From an uncultured Gemmatimonadaceae bacterium (lineage in GTDB: Bacteria; Gemmatimonadota; Gemmatimonadetes; Gemmatimonadales; GWC2-71-9), in contig CAZKYO010000004.1 of NCBI GenBank assembly GCA_964557115.1, positions 53,892 to 117,891 on the forward strand: a stretch of DNA of 64,000 nt. Direction: 5' to 3'. The position numbers and the translations under genes are program-made. Of the stretch, positions 33,893 through 43,620 are shown in pieces. Under the pieces are notes generated by a model that saw only the letters and a program-made list of their open reading frames with translations, did not search any database and was not told the origin of the DNA. Within the stretch, counting starts at the first letter, position 1; every line of letters starts with the position of its first letter.

Positions 33893-35930
33893 GTCCGAGA
33901 ATACGCCGGGGGGCACCCCGGGGTTTCAGAAGGGGACGATTGCGGCGCTCCGCTGGGGGTGGCCGCTGGCCGCCTCGGCGGTCTTCCTGGTCCTTGGCAC
34001 GGCGCTGGGGACGAGGACCGGCATCGCGGCGACCTCCCCTGCGGCGGTGACCGTCCTGATCCTGCTCGCCACCCTGGCGGGCGGCGGGGGGGCGGTCGCC
34101 CTGATCCGGACCCCCACCGCGCCGCCGATCCGGCCCTACGTCGGGCTGGCGGCCACGATCGCGGCGCTGCTCGCGCTGACCTCGATCGGGACCCTATCGC
34201 CCGACCTGCCGGCCTCGGTGTACCTCCTCGTCGCTCCCTGGCGGTTCGCCCTGACCCCGCTGGCAGTGCACTTCGCGTTCGCAATCGGCTGGCCTCACCG
34301 GCATCGCTTCTGGTCGGGGCTGGTGATCGGCTGGTACGTCCTGCACGGTGCGATGCTCGTCGCCGCCCTCGCCGCGATCCTCTCCGGCGAGTCGCTGCTG
34401 GTCGAGATCGTGGACACGACCTTCCGGACCCGGATACTGGAGCCGACGGGGGTGGTCACCGCGATCGCCGCCCTCGGCGTCGCCCTGATGTCGCCGAGCC
34501 GCGGCAGTGCCCAGCGCCGCGCGACCGGCTGGGCATTCGCGGCGATCCTCTTCGGGTTGGGGCCGATGGTCCTCGCCCTCGTCGTCCCCGACATCAACGT
34601 GACGATCGACGGCGCGATGACGACGGCGCGCCTCGCGATGGCGTTGACGGCGTTCCTCGGCTTCGCGGCGGTGCTGACGCTGCCGTTCGTCAACCCGCTC
34701 AACCGCGACCTGCTCGCGCACCGGTTCGCGGTGCGCCTCCTCGACGAGACCGACCTGCCGGGCGCCCTGCGGGAGATGGCCGCGATGCTGCTCGCGACCT
34801 TCGAGGCCGAGGGCGTGGCGATCCGGCTCGCGACCCCGCCGATCGCGGTGGTGGAGGGGAAGTCGCGGCTCGCCGACGGGGAGGCGATGGCAGCCGAGGT
34901 CGAGACGGTCGACGACCAGCGGGTGCTGGTGGCGCCGATCGGCCGGATCGGCGACCCGCTCGGCGAGCTGCGGCTGGACGCCCGCTTCGCCGGCAGCTTC
35001 GGCAGCCGCGAACGCGAGTGGCTGGGCGCCTTCCTGATGCCGATCGCTTCCGCGCTCCGGGCGCGGCGTCGCGAGCAGCTGCTCAAGGACCGCTCGGTGA
35101 CGAACTCGCGCGACGTGCTCGACGCGGTCCACGAGCTGCAGGCCTCGCTCGGGCACCTGCCGACGGACGGGTCCAGCGACGAGATGGCGGTGCCGCCGGC
35201 GGTCGACGCGAGCGAGGTCCTCGGCCAGCTGAGCGACGGCCTCGACGGCGTGTCGCGACGCACCGACGACCTCGAGTCGGCGGCGACCGAGGCGCGCGCC
35301 CTGGTGCGCGAGTCGAGCGACGACATCGCCACGGCCCTCGACGCGCTGCGGCGCTTCGCCGCGGAGCTGCTGCGCCTCGGCACGTGGGGCGACGAGATCA
35401 CCGCCAGCAACCAAAGCGTCAGCGGCGTCGCGTTCCGCACCAACCTCCTCGCCAACAACGCGGCGCTCGAGGCGACCCGCGCGGGCTCGGCGGGGAAGAC
35501 GTTCGGGGTGCTGGCGGAGGAGATCCGGCGGCTCGCCGACGCCACCGCGTCGTCGTCATCGTCGATCGACCAGGCGACCGCGGCGCTGGCGGGAGAGGTG
35601 CTGAAGCTCGGCCAGTCGCTCGAGGCGGTGCAGTCGTCGCTCGTCACGGCGATCCGGAAGGCCGAGTCGAGCGAGGAGTCGGCGCGCCGGGTGAGCGACA
35701 CGGCCGGATCGGTGCTGGGGCACGCCCGTTCGCTGCGACCGGCGGTCGAGGAGGCCTACGCCGTGGCCAAGCGCCGGTCGGCCCGCGACCAGAAACTGAC
35801 CGACACCATGGAGCGCTTCCTGGCCGAGCGGGAACAGCTCGCCGCGCGACTGGCCGACCACCGCACCGACCTGGAGCGCATCATCCAGGTGCTCGACCGG
35901 CTCGGCCGCCGCGACAGCCGTCCCCGCTAG
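33891..35930 (+). CDS. polytopic membrane protein with C-terminal methyl-accepting chemotaxis protein (MCP) signalling domain
   Basis: Start at MSENTPGG. About 8 TM helices in the first 300 aa, then a GAF-like middle, then VSGVAFRTNLLANNAALEATRAGSAGKTFGVLAEEIRRLADAT, which is the conserved MCP hairpin tip. Confidence 0.75.
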   Translation: MSENTPGGTPGFQKGTIAALRWGWPLAASAVFLVLGTALGTRTGIAATSPAAVTVLILLATLAGGGGAVALIRTPTAPPIRPYVGLAATIAALLALTSIGTLSPDLPASVYLLVAPWRFALTPLAVHFAFAIGWPHRHRFWSGLVIGWYVLHGAMLVAALAAILSGESLLVEIVDTTFRTRILEPTGVVTAIAALGVALMSPSRGSAQRRATGWAFAAILFGLGPMVLALVVPDINVTIDGAMTTARLAMALTAFLGFAAVLTLPFVNPLNRDLLAHRFAVRLLDETDLPGALREMAAMLLATFEAEGVAIRLATPPIAVVEGKSRLADGEAMAAEVETVDDQRVLVAPIGRIGDPLGELRLDARFAGSFGSREREWLGAFLMPIASALRARRREQLLKDRSVTNSRDVLDAVHELQASLGHLPTDGSSDEMAVPPAVDASEVLGQLSDGLDGVSRRTDDLESAATEARALVRESSDDIATALDALRRFAAELLRLGTWGDEITASNQSVSGVAFRTNLLANNAALEATRAGSAGKTFGVLAEEIRRLADATASSSSSIDQATAALAGEVLKLGQSLEAVQSSLVTAIRKAESSEESARRVSDTAGSVLGHARSLRPAVEEAYAVAKRRSARDQKLTDTMERFLAEREQLAARLADHRTDLERIIQVLDRLGRRDSRPR

Positions 35931-38578
35931 CGCCGGCGCCCCCCGCGACCGCGCGGCGACCCACCGCGCCGGCCGCCGCCACCCCGACCCCCGCGCCCCC
36001 TCGGACCGCCGCCGCGATCGTCGCGCGGACGGTGGCGGGTGCGTCCCTCGCGGCGCTCCCGACGGAAGTCGTGCTCGACCTGCTGGTCGAGCAGCTCCCG
36101 GAGCCGCGCCAGCGTCGGCGCCTCGAGCAGCTGCTCGCCGCGCTGCACGGCGAGGAGCAGCGGGCGGTCGAAGCTCGGCAGCGCCTCTTCGCGGAGCCGT
36201 CGCACCTGCCCCGGACGCAGCGTCATCCGCACCATCGGTCCCTCGGGGGTGACGCGGTAGTCGAGCGGCACCGCGTCACCGAGGACGTGGATGCTGGTCG
36301 GCAGGGCATCGAGGTGACGACGCGCCTCGCCGTCCACCAGGGCATCGACGTCGAGCACGAGCGGCGTCTGCAGGAAGGCGTCCCAGGAATCGACGTCGCC
36401 GAGCTGCGCCAGCAGCAGGCCGCGGAGCGCGGCCTCCGAGGCGACCTCGAGCGCGCCGCCGCTCTTCTGCCAGTAGTCGTGGAGCATGCGCGCCGAGCGC
36501 ACGACCGCCCCGCGCGCCGGATGCTGCGCCTCGCCCGAGAGGAGGGCGTCCACCAGGAGGCGCCGCGCCTCGTCGCGGTGCGCCTCGGGGATGGCGCCCT
36601 CGATCCGCTCCATCGTGGTCTCGAGGTCGAAGCCGAAATACGAGAGCCGCCTCGAGAGCGCGAAGCCCTGGTGCTTGCGGGTCCCCGCGATCACGATCGT
36701 CGGCGGGCCCTGCGTGGCGTAGCGACGGATCAGGTCGTAGGGGATGGTCGTCCCCTCGATGGCGGCCCGCGGCACGCCGAAGCGATCGGCGAAGTAGCGC
36801 AGCGTCCCGGCGACCCCGCCCCAGCTTCCGGCGACCGAGGTGCGCGACACGCGGGCGGGCTCGCCGTCGGCCGTCTGGTCGTCGATCACCAGGTCGAACG
36901 GCTGGATCCGCGCGAGCAGGTCAACGAAGTCGGTGCGCAGCTGCTTCGACGCCCACGGCAACCGCGCGGGCAGCTCGGCGTCGAGCGCCCGATACACGGA
37001 GGCCATCCCCAGGGCGCCGTCCTCGATCGCCTTCATCAGCACGCCACGCCGCTCGGCCCAGCGCGCCAGCTCGTCCTCCTCGAAGACGTGCCGCACCAGC
37101 CCGTGCACCTCGCCCAGCCGGCCGCACTCGTTGACCGCCTCGGCGAGCAGGTTGTACACGGTGAGGTGGTCGCTGCCCGAGACGACCACGCCGTGCAGGT
37201 CGCGTTCGTCGCGGGTCATCCGGTGGAGCGAGTCGATGCCGCTCGCGCCGGCCACCAGCGGCAGCAGGTCGGCGCTCGCGTGCAGCAGCAGCTCGGCCCA
37301 CGGCCGCTCGACCGGCAGCGCCTCGATCTCGCGGCCGTACCTGGTGAGGCGGCCGTCCTCGATCACGCCGCGCGAGGTGAGCTTTTCCACCGCCCGCACG
37401 TACGCGACGCGATCGAGCGGCACCGGCAGGTCGAGGTCGCGGGCGTCGACGCCGATCCCGGCGCAGGTGAGCGCCACCCGTTCGGCGTCGCCGGCCAGCT
37501 GGAACTCGGGCGGGCCGGGCTGGAGCGACGCGAAGTCGAGGTCGCGGTCGGAGAGGATGAAGACGCGGCCGCCCTCGACCCGGCCGTGCACCCGTCCCGC
37601 CATCTGGAGGATCTCGTTGGCGCCCAGGTGGAGGCGGTGCAGCACGTTGCGGCCGTGGTCGATCACGTTGCCGTAACGGGCGTCGTAGATCACCACGGTG
37701 TCGAGGCCGGGGACGTTGAGCGCCGACTGCCCGGCGGCGGTCATCGCCAGCAGCCAGGGCTTCTGCACCTCCCCCTCGAGGAAGGGCCGCACCACGCGGA
37801 TCGGCTCGCCGCCGTGGTAGAACGCCGCCTCCAGCCGCGGGAAGCGCGCGCCCAGGTCCTCACCGAGCCGCTCGACCTCCGCGCGCGTGGGGAGGAACAC
37901 CGCCACGCCGCGCTTCTCGGCGATGAAGCGCCGCACGGTGCGATCGTCGAGGAAGAGCTCCGGGGGCCGCGCGACGACCTCCACCTTGGCGCGCTTCTTC
38001 GGGTCAAACGCCGAGGTGACGAGCACCTCGTCGCTCCGCAGGTAGGCGCGGTAGACCGTCGGATCGACGGTGGCGGAGAGCCAGATGAAGCGGCAGCCGG
38101 CGCGCTTGGCCAGCGCGAGGCAGAGTTCCAGCTCGGCGGAGGTCTGGTGGATCTCGTCGGAGACGATCGTGTCGCGGCCGGTCACGAGCTCGTCCGTGAG
38201 CCAGCGCCGGGCGATGCCCGTGGTGACCACGACGACGTTCCAGCCCGGCGTCTCGGGGGTCGCCTCGCGCTCGCGGTTGACGACGCCCACCCGCAGCGGC
38301 GCCTGGAGGATCGCCTCGGCGATCGGCCGGATGCCCAGGGTCTTGCCGGTCCCGGTCCCCGCGACGATCCCGAACCCCTTCCCCTCGCGGGCCCAGCGCC
38401 TGAGGTCGTCGCCGTGGCGCCGCTCGAGCAGGGTCTCGACGTGGGCGTGGAGCGCCATCTCGATCGTCTCGCACGCCGCCCGGGTCGGCGCGATCACGAT
38501 CACCCGGCCGCGTGGATGGTCGGCTCGCCGGTACGCCTCGAGGTCGGGGGGCAGCGCGTGGTCGCGGGTGAGCTTCAC
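35927..38578 (-). CDS. DEAH-box (HrpA/HrpB-like) ATP-dependent helicase with RGG-rich C-terminal tail
   Basis: GTG start. Walker A AGTGTGKT, DEIH box, SAT, QMAGRVHG motif VI, HA2-like middle. Tail RDDRGGGPRGRGGRGGGGRRGGSPRGRGGRRR. Confidence 0.85.
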   Translation of the reverse strand: MKLTRDHALPPDLEAYRRADHPRGRVIVIAPTRAACETIEMALHAHVETLLERRHGDDLRRWAREGKGFGIVAGTGTGKTLGIRPIAEAILQAPLRVGVVNREREATPETPGWNVVVVTTGIARRWLTDELVTGRDTIVSDEIHQTSAELELCLALAKRAGCRFIWLSATVDPTVYRAYLRSDEVLVTSAFDPKKRAKVEVVARPPELFLDDRTVRRFIAEKRGVAVFLPTRAEVERLGEDLGARFPRLEAAFYHGGEPIRVVRPFLEGEVQKPWLLAMTAAGQSALNVPGLDTVVIYDARYGNVIDHGRNVLHRLHLGANEILQMAGRVHGRVEGGRVFILSDRDLDFASLQPGPPEFQLAGDAERVALTCAGIGVDARDLDLPVPLDRVAYVRAVEKLTSRGVIEDGRLTRYGREIEALPVERPWAELLLHASADLLPLVAGASGIDSLHRMTRDERDLHGVVVSGSDHLTVYNLLAEAVNECGRLGEVHGLVRHVFEEDELARWAERRGVLMKAIEDGALGMASVYRALDAELPARLPWASKQLRTDFVDLLARIQPFDLVIDDQTADGEPARVSRTSVAGSWGGVAGTLRYFADRFGVPRAAIEGTTIPYDLIRRYATQGPPTIVIAGTRKHQGFALSRRLSYFGFDLETTMERIEGAIPEAHRDEARRLLVDALLSGEAQHPARGAVVRSARMLHDYWQKSGGALEVASEAALRGLLLAQLGDVDSWDAFLQTPLVLDVDALVDGEARRHLDALPTSIHVLGDAVPLDYRVTPEGPMVRMTLRPGQVRRLREEALPSFDRPLLLAVQRGEQLLEAPTLARLRELLDQQVEHDFRRERREGRTRHRPRDDRGGGPRGRGGRGGGGRRGGSPRGRGGRRR

Positions 38579-38664
38579 CCCCGGAAGGTAAGGCGGTCGA
38601 GGGAAGGCGGGCGGGCGCCTATATTGGGGCCTCGACTGAGGACCCCCTCCGGAGCGAACGACGC

Positions 38665-39543
38665 ATGCGTGGAAAGGTCTGCCTGGTCACCGGTGCCAAC
38701 CGGGGGATCGGCCGGGAAATCGCCCTCGGGCTCGCCAAGGCGGGTGCCCGGGTGCTGGTGCACGCCCGCACCGTGGAGCATGCCACCGCCGCGGTGGAGG
38801 AGCTGCGGGCGAACAGCGGCAACACCCTGATCCAGGGCTTCGCCGCCGACTTCCAGGACCAGGGCCAGGTGCGGCGGCTCGCGTCGGACGTGCGGCACGC
38901 CACCGACCGGCTCGACGTCCTGGTGAACAACGCCGGCGTGTACCACGTCCACCGGGTGATGACGGCCGACAATCACGAGGCGACGTTCGCCGTCAATCAC
39001 CTGGCGCCGTTCATCCTCACGCGCGAGCTGCTGCCGCTGCTCGAGGCGAGCGCCCCGGCGCGGGTCATCAACGTCAGCAGCGAGGCCCACCAGCGCGCCA
39101 CCAACGTGGAGGACTGGGAGTCGCGGCAGTCGTACAGCGGCTACCAGGCCTACGCCCGCAGCAAGCTCGCCAACGTGATGTTCTCCTACGACCTCGCCCA
39201 CCGGCTCGAGGCGACCGGCGTGACGGTCAACGCCTGCCATCCGGGGCTGGTCGACACGGGGATCATCGAGACCGGCATGAGCCGCTGGTGGAGCCGCTGG
39301 GCGATCCCGATCGCCAAGCGGATCGCGATCCCGGTGGACGAGGGCGCGAAGACGCCGCTCTACCTCGCGATGTCGGCCGACGTGGAGGGCGTCACCGGCC
39401 GCTACTTCAAGCTGGAGCGGCCGGCGACGTCGTCGCTCATCTCGCACGACCCGACCATCGGCGCCCGGCTCTGGAACATCTCGCTGCGCTACACCGGCGA
39501 GGTGCCGGAGCAGGAGATCACCGGCGAGCACATCGCGCACTGA
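38665..39543 (+). CDS. short-chain dehydrogenase/reductase (retinol dehydrogenase-like)
   Basis: TGANRGIG cofactor motif, NNAG, catalytic YxxSK (YARSK). A GGAG lies 11 nt upstream of the ATG. Confidence 0.9.
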   Translation: MRGKVCLVTGANRGIGREIALGLAKAGARVLVHARTVEHATAAVEELRANSGNTLIQGFAADFQDQGQVRRLASDVRHATDRLDVLVNNAGVYHVHRVMTADNHEATFAVNHLAPFILTRELLPLLEASAPARVINVSSEAHQRATNVEDWESRQSYSGYQAYARSKLANVMFSYDLAHRLEATGVTVNACHPGLVDTGIIETGMSRWWSRWAIPIAKRIAIPVDEGAKTPLYLAMSADVEGVTGRYFKLERPATSSLISHDPTIGARLWNISLRYTGEVPEQEITGEHIAH

Positions 39544-39551
39544 AAGACGGA

Positions 39552-39655
39552 GATTGGTGATTCGCGAAGGGTGAAGGGGAAGGCGGCTCCATGCGGAATC
39601 GCCTTCCCCTTCACCCTTCACCCTTCACCGTTTCCGGGTCACCCTTCACCACTCC
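39552..39655. repeat. heptad-arm palindromic element (GGTGAAG/CTTCACC family); likely bidirectional terminator
   Basis: Perfect 20-bp stem gaagggtgaaggggaaggcg (39566-39585) / cgccttccccttcacccttc (39600-39619), 14-nt loop. The right side continues cttcacc cttcacc ... cacccttcacc. Fills a convergent gap and abuts the stop at 39656. Confidence 0.85.
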
Positions 39656-42058
39656 TCACGGCACCGCCTCCGCGCGGGGCCTGACGAAGAAGATCCCCGC
39701 GAAGCCGCCGGTGACCGGGATCACCCCGCTCTTGAAGAACGGGTAGTTGCTCCAGGTCCCGCCGCCGGTCCCCTCGCGGTCGGTGTCGAAGAACCCCACT
39801 TCTCGCGGATTGACCGGATCGCTCACGTCGATGACGCGGAGTCCCGCCCCGGTGTTCGACTGGTACATGTAGCGGCCGCGGACGTAGAGGTTGTGGTCGG
39901 TCTCGGTGGTGGTCTGCTTGTACTCCTTGACCAGCAGCGGGTCGTCGAGGTCGGTGAGGTCCCACACCAGCGTGCGAGTGTGGGGTTCGCTGCCGTTGGC
40001 CTCGTCGATCTCGTCGTTGCTGAAGAAGAAGCGCTGGTCGTCCGACAGCCAGCCCTGGTGCGCGTAGGCGACGTTCGGGTAGCTGACGGTCGAGATCGAC
40101 CGGGGCGCCTTCTTGTCGCTCACGTCGGTGAGCGAGATCGCCGTCTCGTTCGCCGAGATGCAGATCTCGTGGCCGGCGTAGTCGCGGTCGGGGCCGCGAT
40201 AGACCAGGCACTGGGCGTCGTGGATGTAGCCGGTGCCGCGGCGCCCGGTGATCCCGTCGGCGAAGCAGCCGGCGAAGGTCGGGCGGGCCGGCTGGTGCAG
40301 GTCCATCATGTGCAGCCCGCCATCGCAGGTGGTGCCGCCCGCGCTGGCGCCCACCACGTAGCCGAAGCCGGTCTCCTCGTCGATCACCACGTTGTGGGCC
40401 GACCAGATGTCGGGATAGAGGTAGTCCGGCGCGAACGTCTGCGGCGCCTTGAGGTTCCGGAGCCGGTGGAGATCGAACACCTGCACGCCGTGCTGGCCGG
40501 CGCCATCGGAGACGATGTAGGCGTGGTCGCGGTAGACCTTGATGTCGCGCCACACCGCCGCGTGCGCGCCGGGCGTCATCGGCAGGTCGCCAAGGTAGCG
40601 CGGATGGGCGGCGTCGCTCATGTCGACGAACGAGGTGCCGTCGCTGCGCCCGATCAGCGCGTACTCGCGCCCCGTGGCGGAGTCGGTCCAGCCCCAGAGG
40701 TCGTTGAGCCGCATGCCGCGCACCCCGCCGATGGCGCTCACCGGCAGGAACGACACCAGGTCGACGTTGTTGCAGTCCCAGAGCCTCGCCTCGCCCTGCT
40801 GGCAGCGGATCTCGTCGCCCATCAGCGACGGCAGCGCCTCGGGCGGCGAGACGACCGAGGTGTCCTCGGTCCAGCCAGCCGTGCCGCGCCGGACGATCAG
40901 CGCGCGGCCGGCGCCGATGGCGTACCCGCTCACGCCGACCACCGCGAGGTCGCCCTGCACCGCCACCGCATCGCCGTAGTTCCGGTCCACGAACTGCTCC
41001 GGCGCCACGAACGTCGCCAGGCCGGCGAGGCGGCCGTCGCCGGCGAGCGCGTAGCGATGCACCGCGCCCGCTCCGGCCGCACTCGGCGTGCCGACCCAGA
41101 GGCCGTCGCCATCGGCGGCGAGCGCGGCACCGAAGTGGCCGTTCCGCACCGCGTCGAACGGCTGCAGCTCGCCACGCGCGCGCCAGGTCATCCGCGCCGT
41201 GTCCAGGGTGAACTGGGTCACGCCGCCCAGGTTGCTGCCGGCGCCCGGGGCACCGACGAAGGCGCGCGAGCCCGTGATCGCCACCGCGCTGCCGAACGCC
41301 GCGGTCGTGTCGGCGGCGCCGTCGCGGGCGAGCGCACGCGTCGGCTCCCACCTGCCGCCGACCCGGTGGTAGGCGAACGCGCGCCCCGCGCCACGGTCGC
41401 TTCCCGGCGCGCCGATCAGCATCCAGTCGCCGTCCATCGCCAGCGCGCTGCCGTAGCCGCGCACGCCGGCGGTGTCCTCGGGCGCCATCGTGGCGACGAG
41501 CTCCCAGCGGCCGTTCCGCGAGGCGTAGGCGAACACTCCGCCGACGCCACCGGTGCGACCGGGGGCGCCGACCAGCGCCATGTCGCCGTGGATCAGCAGC
41601 GTCGTGCCGAAACCGTCCTTGGGCTCGCCGTCGAGCGCCAGCAGCAGCTGCTCGGCGGCCCACTTCCCGTTGCGGCGCACGAAGGCGTGCACCACGCCGG
41701 CCGCGCGCCCAAACTCGGGATCGGCGCCGACCAGGAGCCGGTCGCCGTCGGCGGCGACCGACCGGCCGAAGCGGTCGCCGGTCGCGGAATCGGGCGCGGT
41801 GACCCGCGCCACCTCCCGCCAACCGCCCGTCGCCCGTCGCCGGTCGCCTGCCGCGTAGACGTACACGACGCCCGAACGGAACCGATTGCTGGGCTCCCCG
41901 ACGTAGACCTGGCCGTTGGCGACCGCGACCGCGGCGCCGAAACCGGCGCGGAGGGATTCGGTGGCCGATGGACTGGATCGCTGGGCGGCGACGCCGTTCG
42001 CGAACAGCACCGCGGCGGCGACGAGGGCGACGGGACGAATCGTGGAGCGCATCGGCAT
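39656..42058 (-). CDS. secreted FG-GAP-like repeat plus LVIVD-repeat (choice-of-anchor B-like) beta-propeller protein
   Basis: Start at MPMRSTIRPVALVAAAVLFANGVAAQ. Seven repeats of type FG.A.A..GD...VGAPG, then a C-terminal half with LNDLWGWTD, DIKVYRDHAYIV and GLRVIDVSDPVNP (LVIVD motif). Confidence 0.8.
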   Translation of the reverse strand: MPMRSTIRPVALVAAAVLFANGVAAQRSSPSATESLRAGFGAAVAVANGQVYVGEPSNRFRSGVVYVYAAGDRRRATGGWREVARVTAPDSATGDRFGRSVAADGDRLLVGADPEFGRAAGVVHAFVRRNGKWAAEQLLLALDGEPKDGFGTTLLIHGDMALVGAPGRTGGVGGVFAYASRNGRWELVATMAPEDTAGVRGYGSALAMDGDWMLIGAPGSDRGAGRAFAYHRVGGRWEPTRALARDGAADTTAAFGSAVAITGSRAFVGAPGAGSNLGGVTQFTLDTARMTWRARGELQPFDAVRNGHFGAALAADGDGLWVGTPSAAGAGAVHRYALAGDGRLAGLATFVAPEQFVDRNYGDAVAVQGDLAVVGVSGYAIGAGRALIVRRGTAGWTEDTSVVSPPEALPSLMGDEIRCQQGEARLWDCNNVDLVSFLPVSAIGGVRGMRLNDLWGWTDSATGREYALIGRSDGTSFVDMSDAAHPRYLGDLPMTPGAHAAVWRDIKVYRDHAYIVSDGAGQHGVQVFDLHRLRNLKAPQTFAPDYLYPDIWSAHNVVIDEETGFGYVVGASAGGTTCDGGLHMMDLHQPARPTFAGCFADGITGRRGTGYIHDAQCLVYRGPDRDYAGHEICISANETAISLTDVSDKKAPRSISTVSYPNVAYAHQGWLSDDQRFFFSNDEIDEANGSEPHTRTLVWDLTDLDDPLLVKEYKQTTTETDHNLYVRGRYMYQSNTGAGLRVIDVSDPVNPREVGFFDTDREGTGGGTWSNYPFFKSGVIPVTGGFAGIFFVRPRAEAVP

Positions 42059-42201
42059 CCCCGAGGAGGTGGTGGATCGCTGTCGGCGTGAAGGGGAAAG
42101 GATACGTCCATCGCCGACCGCGCACCAACGGCACGGGGCCGGCCCCATCGCTGGAACCGACCCCGGTCGCTTGTCACCCGCCCCCGCGGGCGCAGCGCCT
42201 C

Positions 42202-42882
42202 CTAGTTGTTCGGCCGCCGTGAGCGCCCCTGCTGCCCGGGCGCCCTGGCCGCGCCGCGGCCGTTGCCGTTGCCGCGGCTCACCGTAGCGGGGCGATTGTC
42301 GCGGCGGTCGTCCCGCCGATCGACGCGATTGTCCTGTCGAGTGTCGCGCCGGTCGATGCGGTTGTCCTGCCGCACGTCGCGCCGGTCAATGCGGTTGTCC
42401 TGCCGCACGTCACGCCGGTCGGTCCGGTTGTCCTGCCGCACGTCGCGGCGATCGTTCCGCCAGTCGTCGCGCCAGCCACCGCGATCGTCGCGGTAGACCC
42501 GCCACTCGTTCCGCTCGTAGCGGCTGCGGTAGCGATCCCAGTCGCGATCCCTCGGCGCGAAGAAGAAGCGGTCGCGATAACGGTAGACCACGACCGGCCG
42601 GGCGTTGCGGAACGGCCGCTCGTAGTAGTGGCCGCCGAACAGGTACAGCGTCACCGGCCGCCAGTAGGCGGCGGTATAGCGCCAGTCGCCGTAGCCGCCG
42701 GGGTAACCGACCACCACGACCTCGGGCCCGTAGTCGTAACGATCATCCGGCACCACCACGACGCGGTCGCGGCCCCCGATCCCGAACGGACCGATGTGGA
42801 TGTCGGCGGAAATCTGCGCGGCGGCCGGGGCGGCGCCGAGGGCAACCAGGATGGGTACGGCAACGAACGTCTTGGCACGCAT
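42202..42882 (-). CDS. secreted protein with Arg/Asp-rich 11-aa tandem repeats
   Basis: Start at MRAKTFVAVPILVALGAAPAAAQ. Y/R/W-rich core, then DRRDVRQDNRx repeated 5 times. Confidence 0.65.
   Translation of the reverse strand: MRAKTFVAVPILVALGAAPAAAQISADIHIGPFGIGGRDRVVVVPDDRYDYGPEVVVVGYPGGYGDWRYTAAYWRPVTLYLFGGHYYERPFRNARPVVVYRYRDRFFFAPRDRDWDRYRSRYERNEWRVYRDDRGGWRDDWRNDRRDVRQDNRTDRRDVRQDNRIDRRDVRQDNRIDRRDTRQDNRVDRRDDRRDNRPATVSRGNGNGRGAARAPGQQGRSRRPNN
42292..42456. repeat. 33-bp tandem repeat, 5 units, within a CDS
   Basis: Units gcgattgtcgcggcggtcgtcccgccgatcgac / gcgattgtcctgtcgagtgtcgcgccggtcgat / gcggttgtcctgccgcacgtcgcgccggtcaat / gcggttgtcctgccgcacgtcacgccggtcggt / ccggttgtcctgccgcacgtcgcggcgatcgtt. 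Confidence 0.85.
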
Positions 42883-43096
42883 GGAAAGCCTCCTGTCTAG
42901 TCGGGTCCTGCTGCTCACCCCGGCAAGGAGCGAGCATCATGCCATGCCGCAAGTCATTGCCACAAAACGACTTGCCAAGAGCGGCCCCGGGGCCCGGCGT
43001 CCTCCAGGATGGACACTTGTCCACCGCGGCCCGGCGCCGGTGATAACTTGTGGCCCCGTCGCGAGACGCGATCAACGACAGCAGGGAGCGGGCTTC

Positions 43097-43588
43097 GTGG
43101 GCACCTTCCGCGTGTCGGTCAGCAAGGACTACCTGGTCTTCGCGGCCGCGCACTTCATCACCTTCCGTGGCCACGCCTGCGAGGCGCTGCACGGCCACAA
43201 CTACCGCCTCGGCATCACCGTCGAGGGGCCGATCGATCCCGAGTCGTTCTTCGTGGTCGATTTCGCGATCCTGAAGCAGGCGGTGCGGAAGTACGTGGAG
43301 CTGATGGACCATCGCGTCTTGCTGCCCACCGGCAACGCCAAGCTCCGGTTCGAGGAGCGGGACGACGCGGTGTTCGTCGACTACCTCGGCAGCCCGGCCT
43401 ACCGCTTTCCGAGGCGCGACTGCGCGATGCTCCCGGTCAGCAACACCACCGCGGAGATGATCGCCGAATGGGTGGCCACCAGCGTCGCACGCGACCTCGG
43501 CGACGAGGGCGCGCGGCTCACCTGGCTGGAACTCGAGGTCGAGGAGTCCTTCGGCCAGTCGGCGACCTACCGCCACCAGCTGGGCTAG
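43097..43588 (+). CDS. 6-pyruvoyl-tetrahydropterin synthase / QueD family protein
   Basis: GTG start (VGTFRVSV). AAHFI...CEALHGHNYRL ... VDF motifs of the PTPS fold. Confidence 0.8.
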   Translation: MGTFRVSVSKDYLVFAAAHFITFRGHACEALHGHNYRLGITVEGPIDPESFFVVDFAILKQAVRKYVELMDHRVLLPTGNAKLRFEERDDAVFVDYLGSPAYRFPRRDCAMLPVSNTTAEMIAEWVATSVARDLGDEGARLTWLELEVEESFGQSATYRHQLG

Positions 43589-43620
43589 CGGAGAGCGAAG
43601 CCGCCGCCCGAGGAGCAGGC

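Noticed and set aside
33413-38830. 1805-aa + strand ORF, the longest in the track
   Set aside because: It runs antisense through the Fis-type regulator and the DEAH helicase and out of frame through the MCP-domain gene. It has low-complexity R/G/A/D/P composition and no recognisable domain, so it is a GC-driven artefact.
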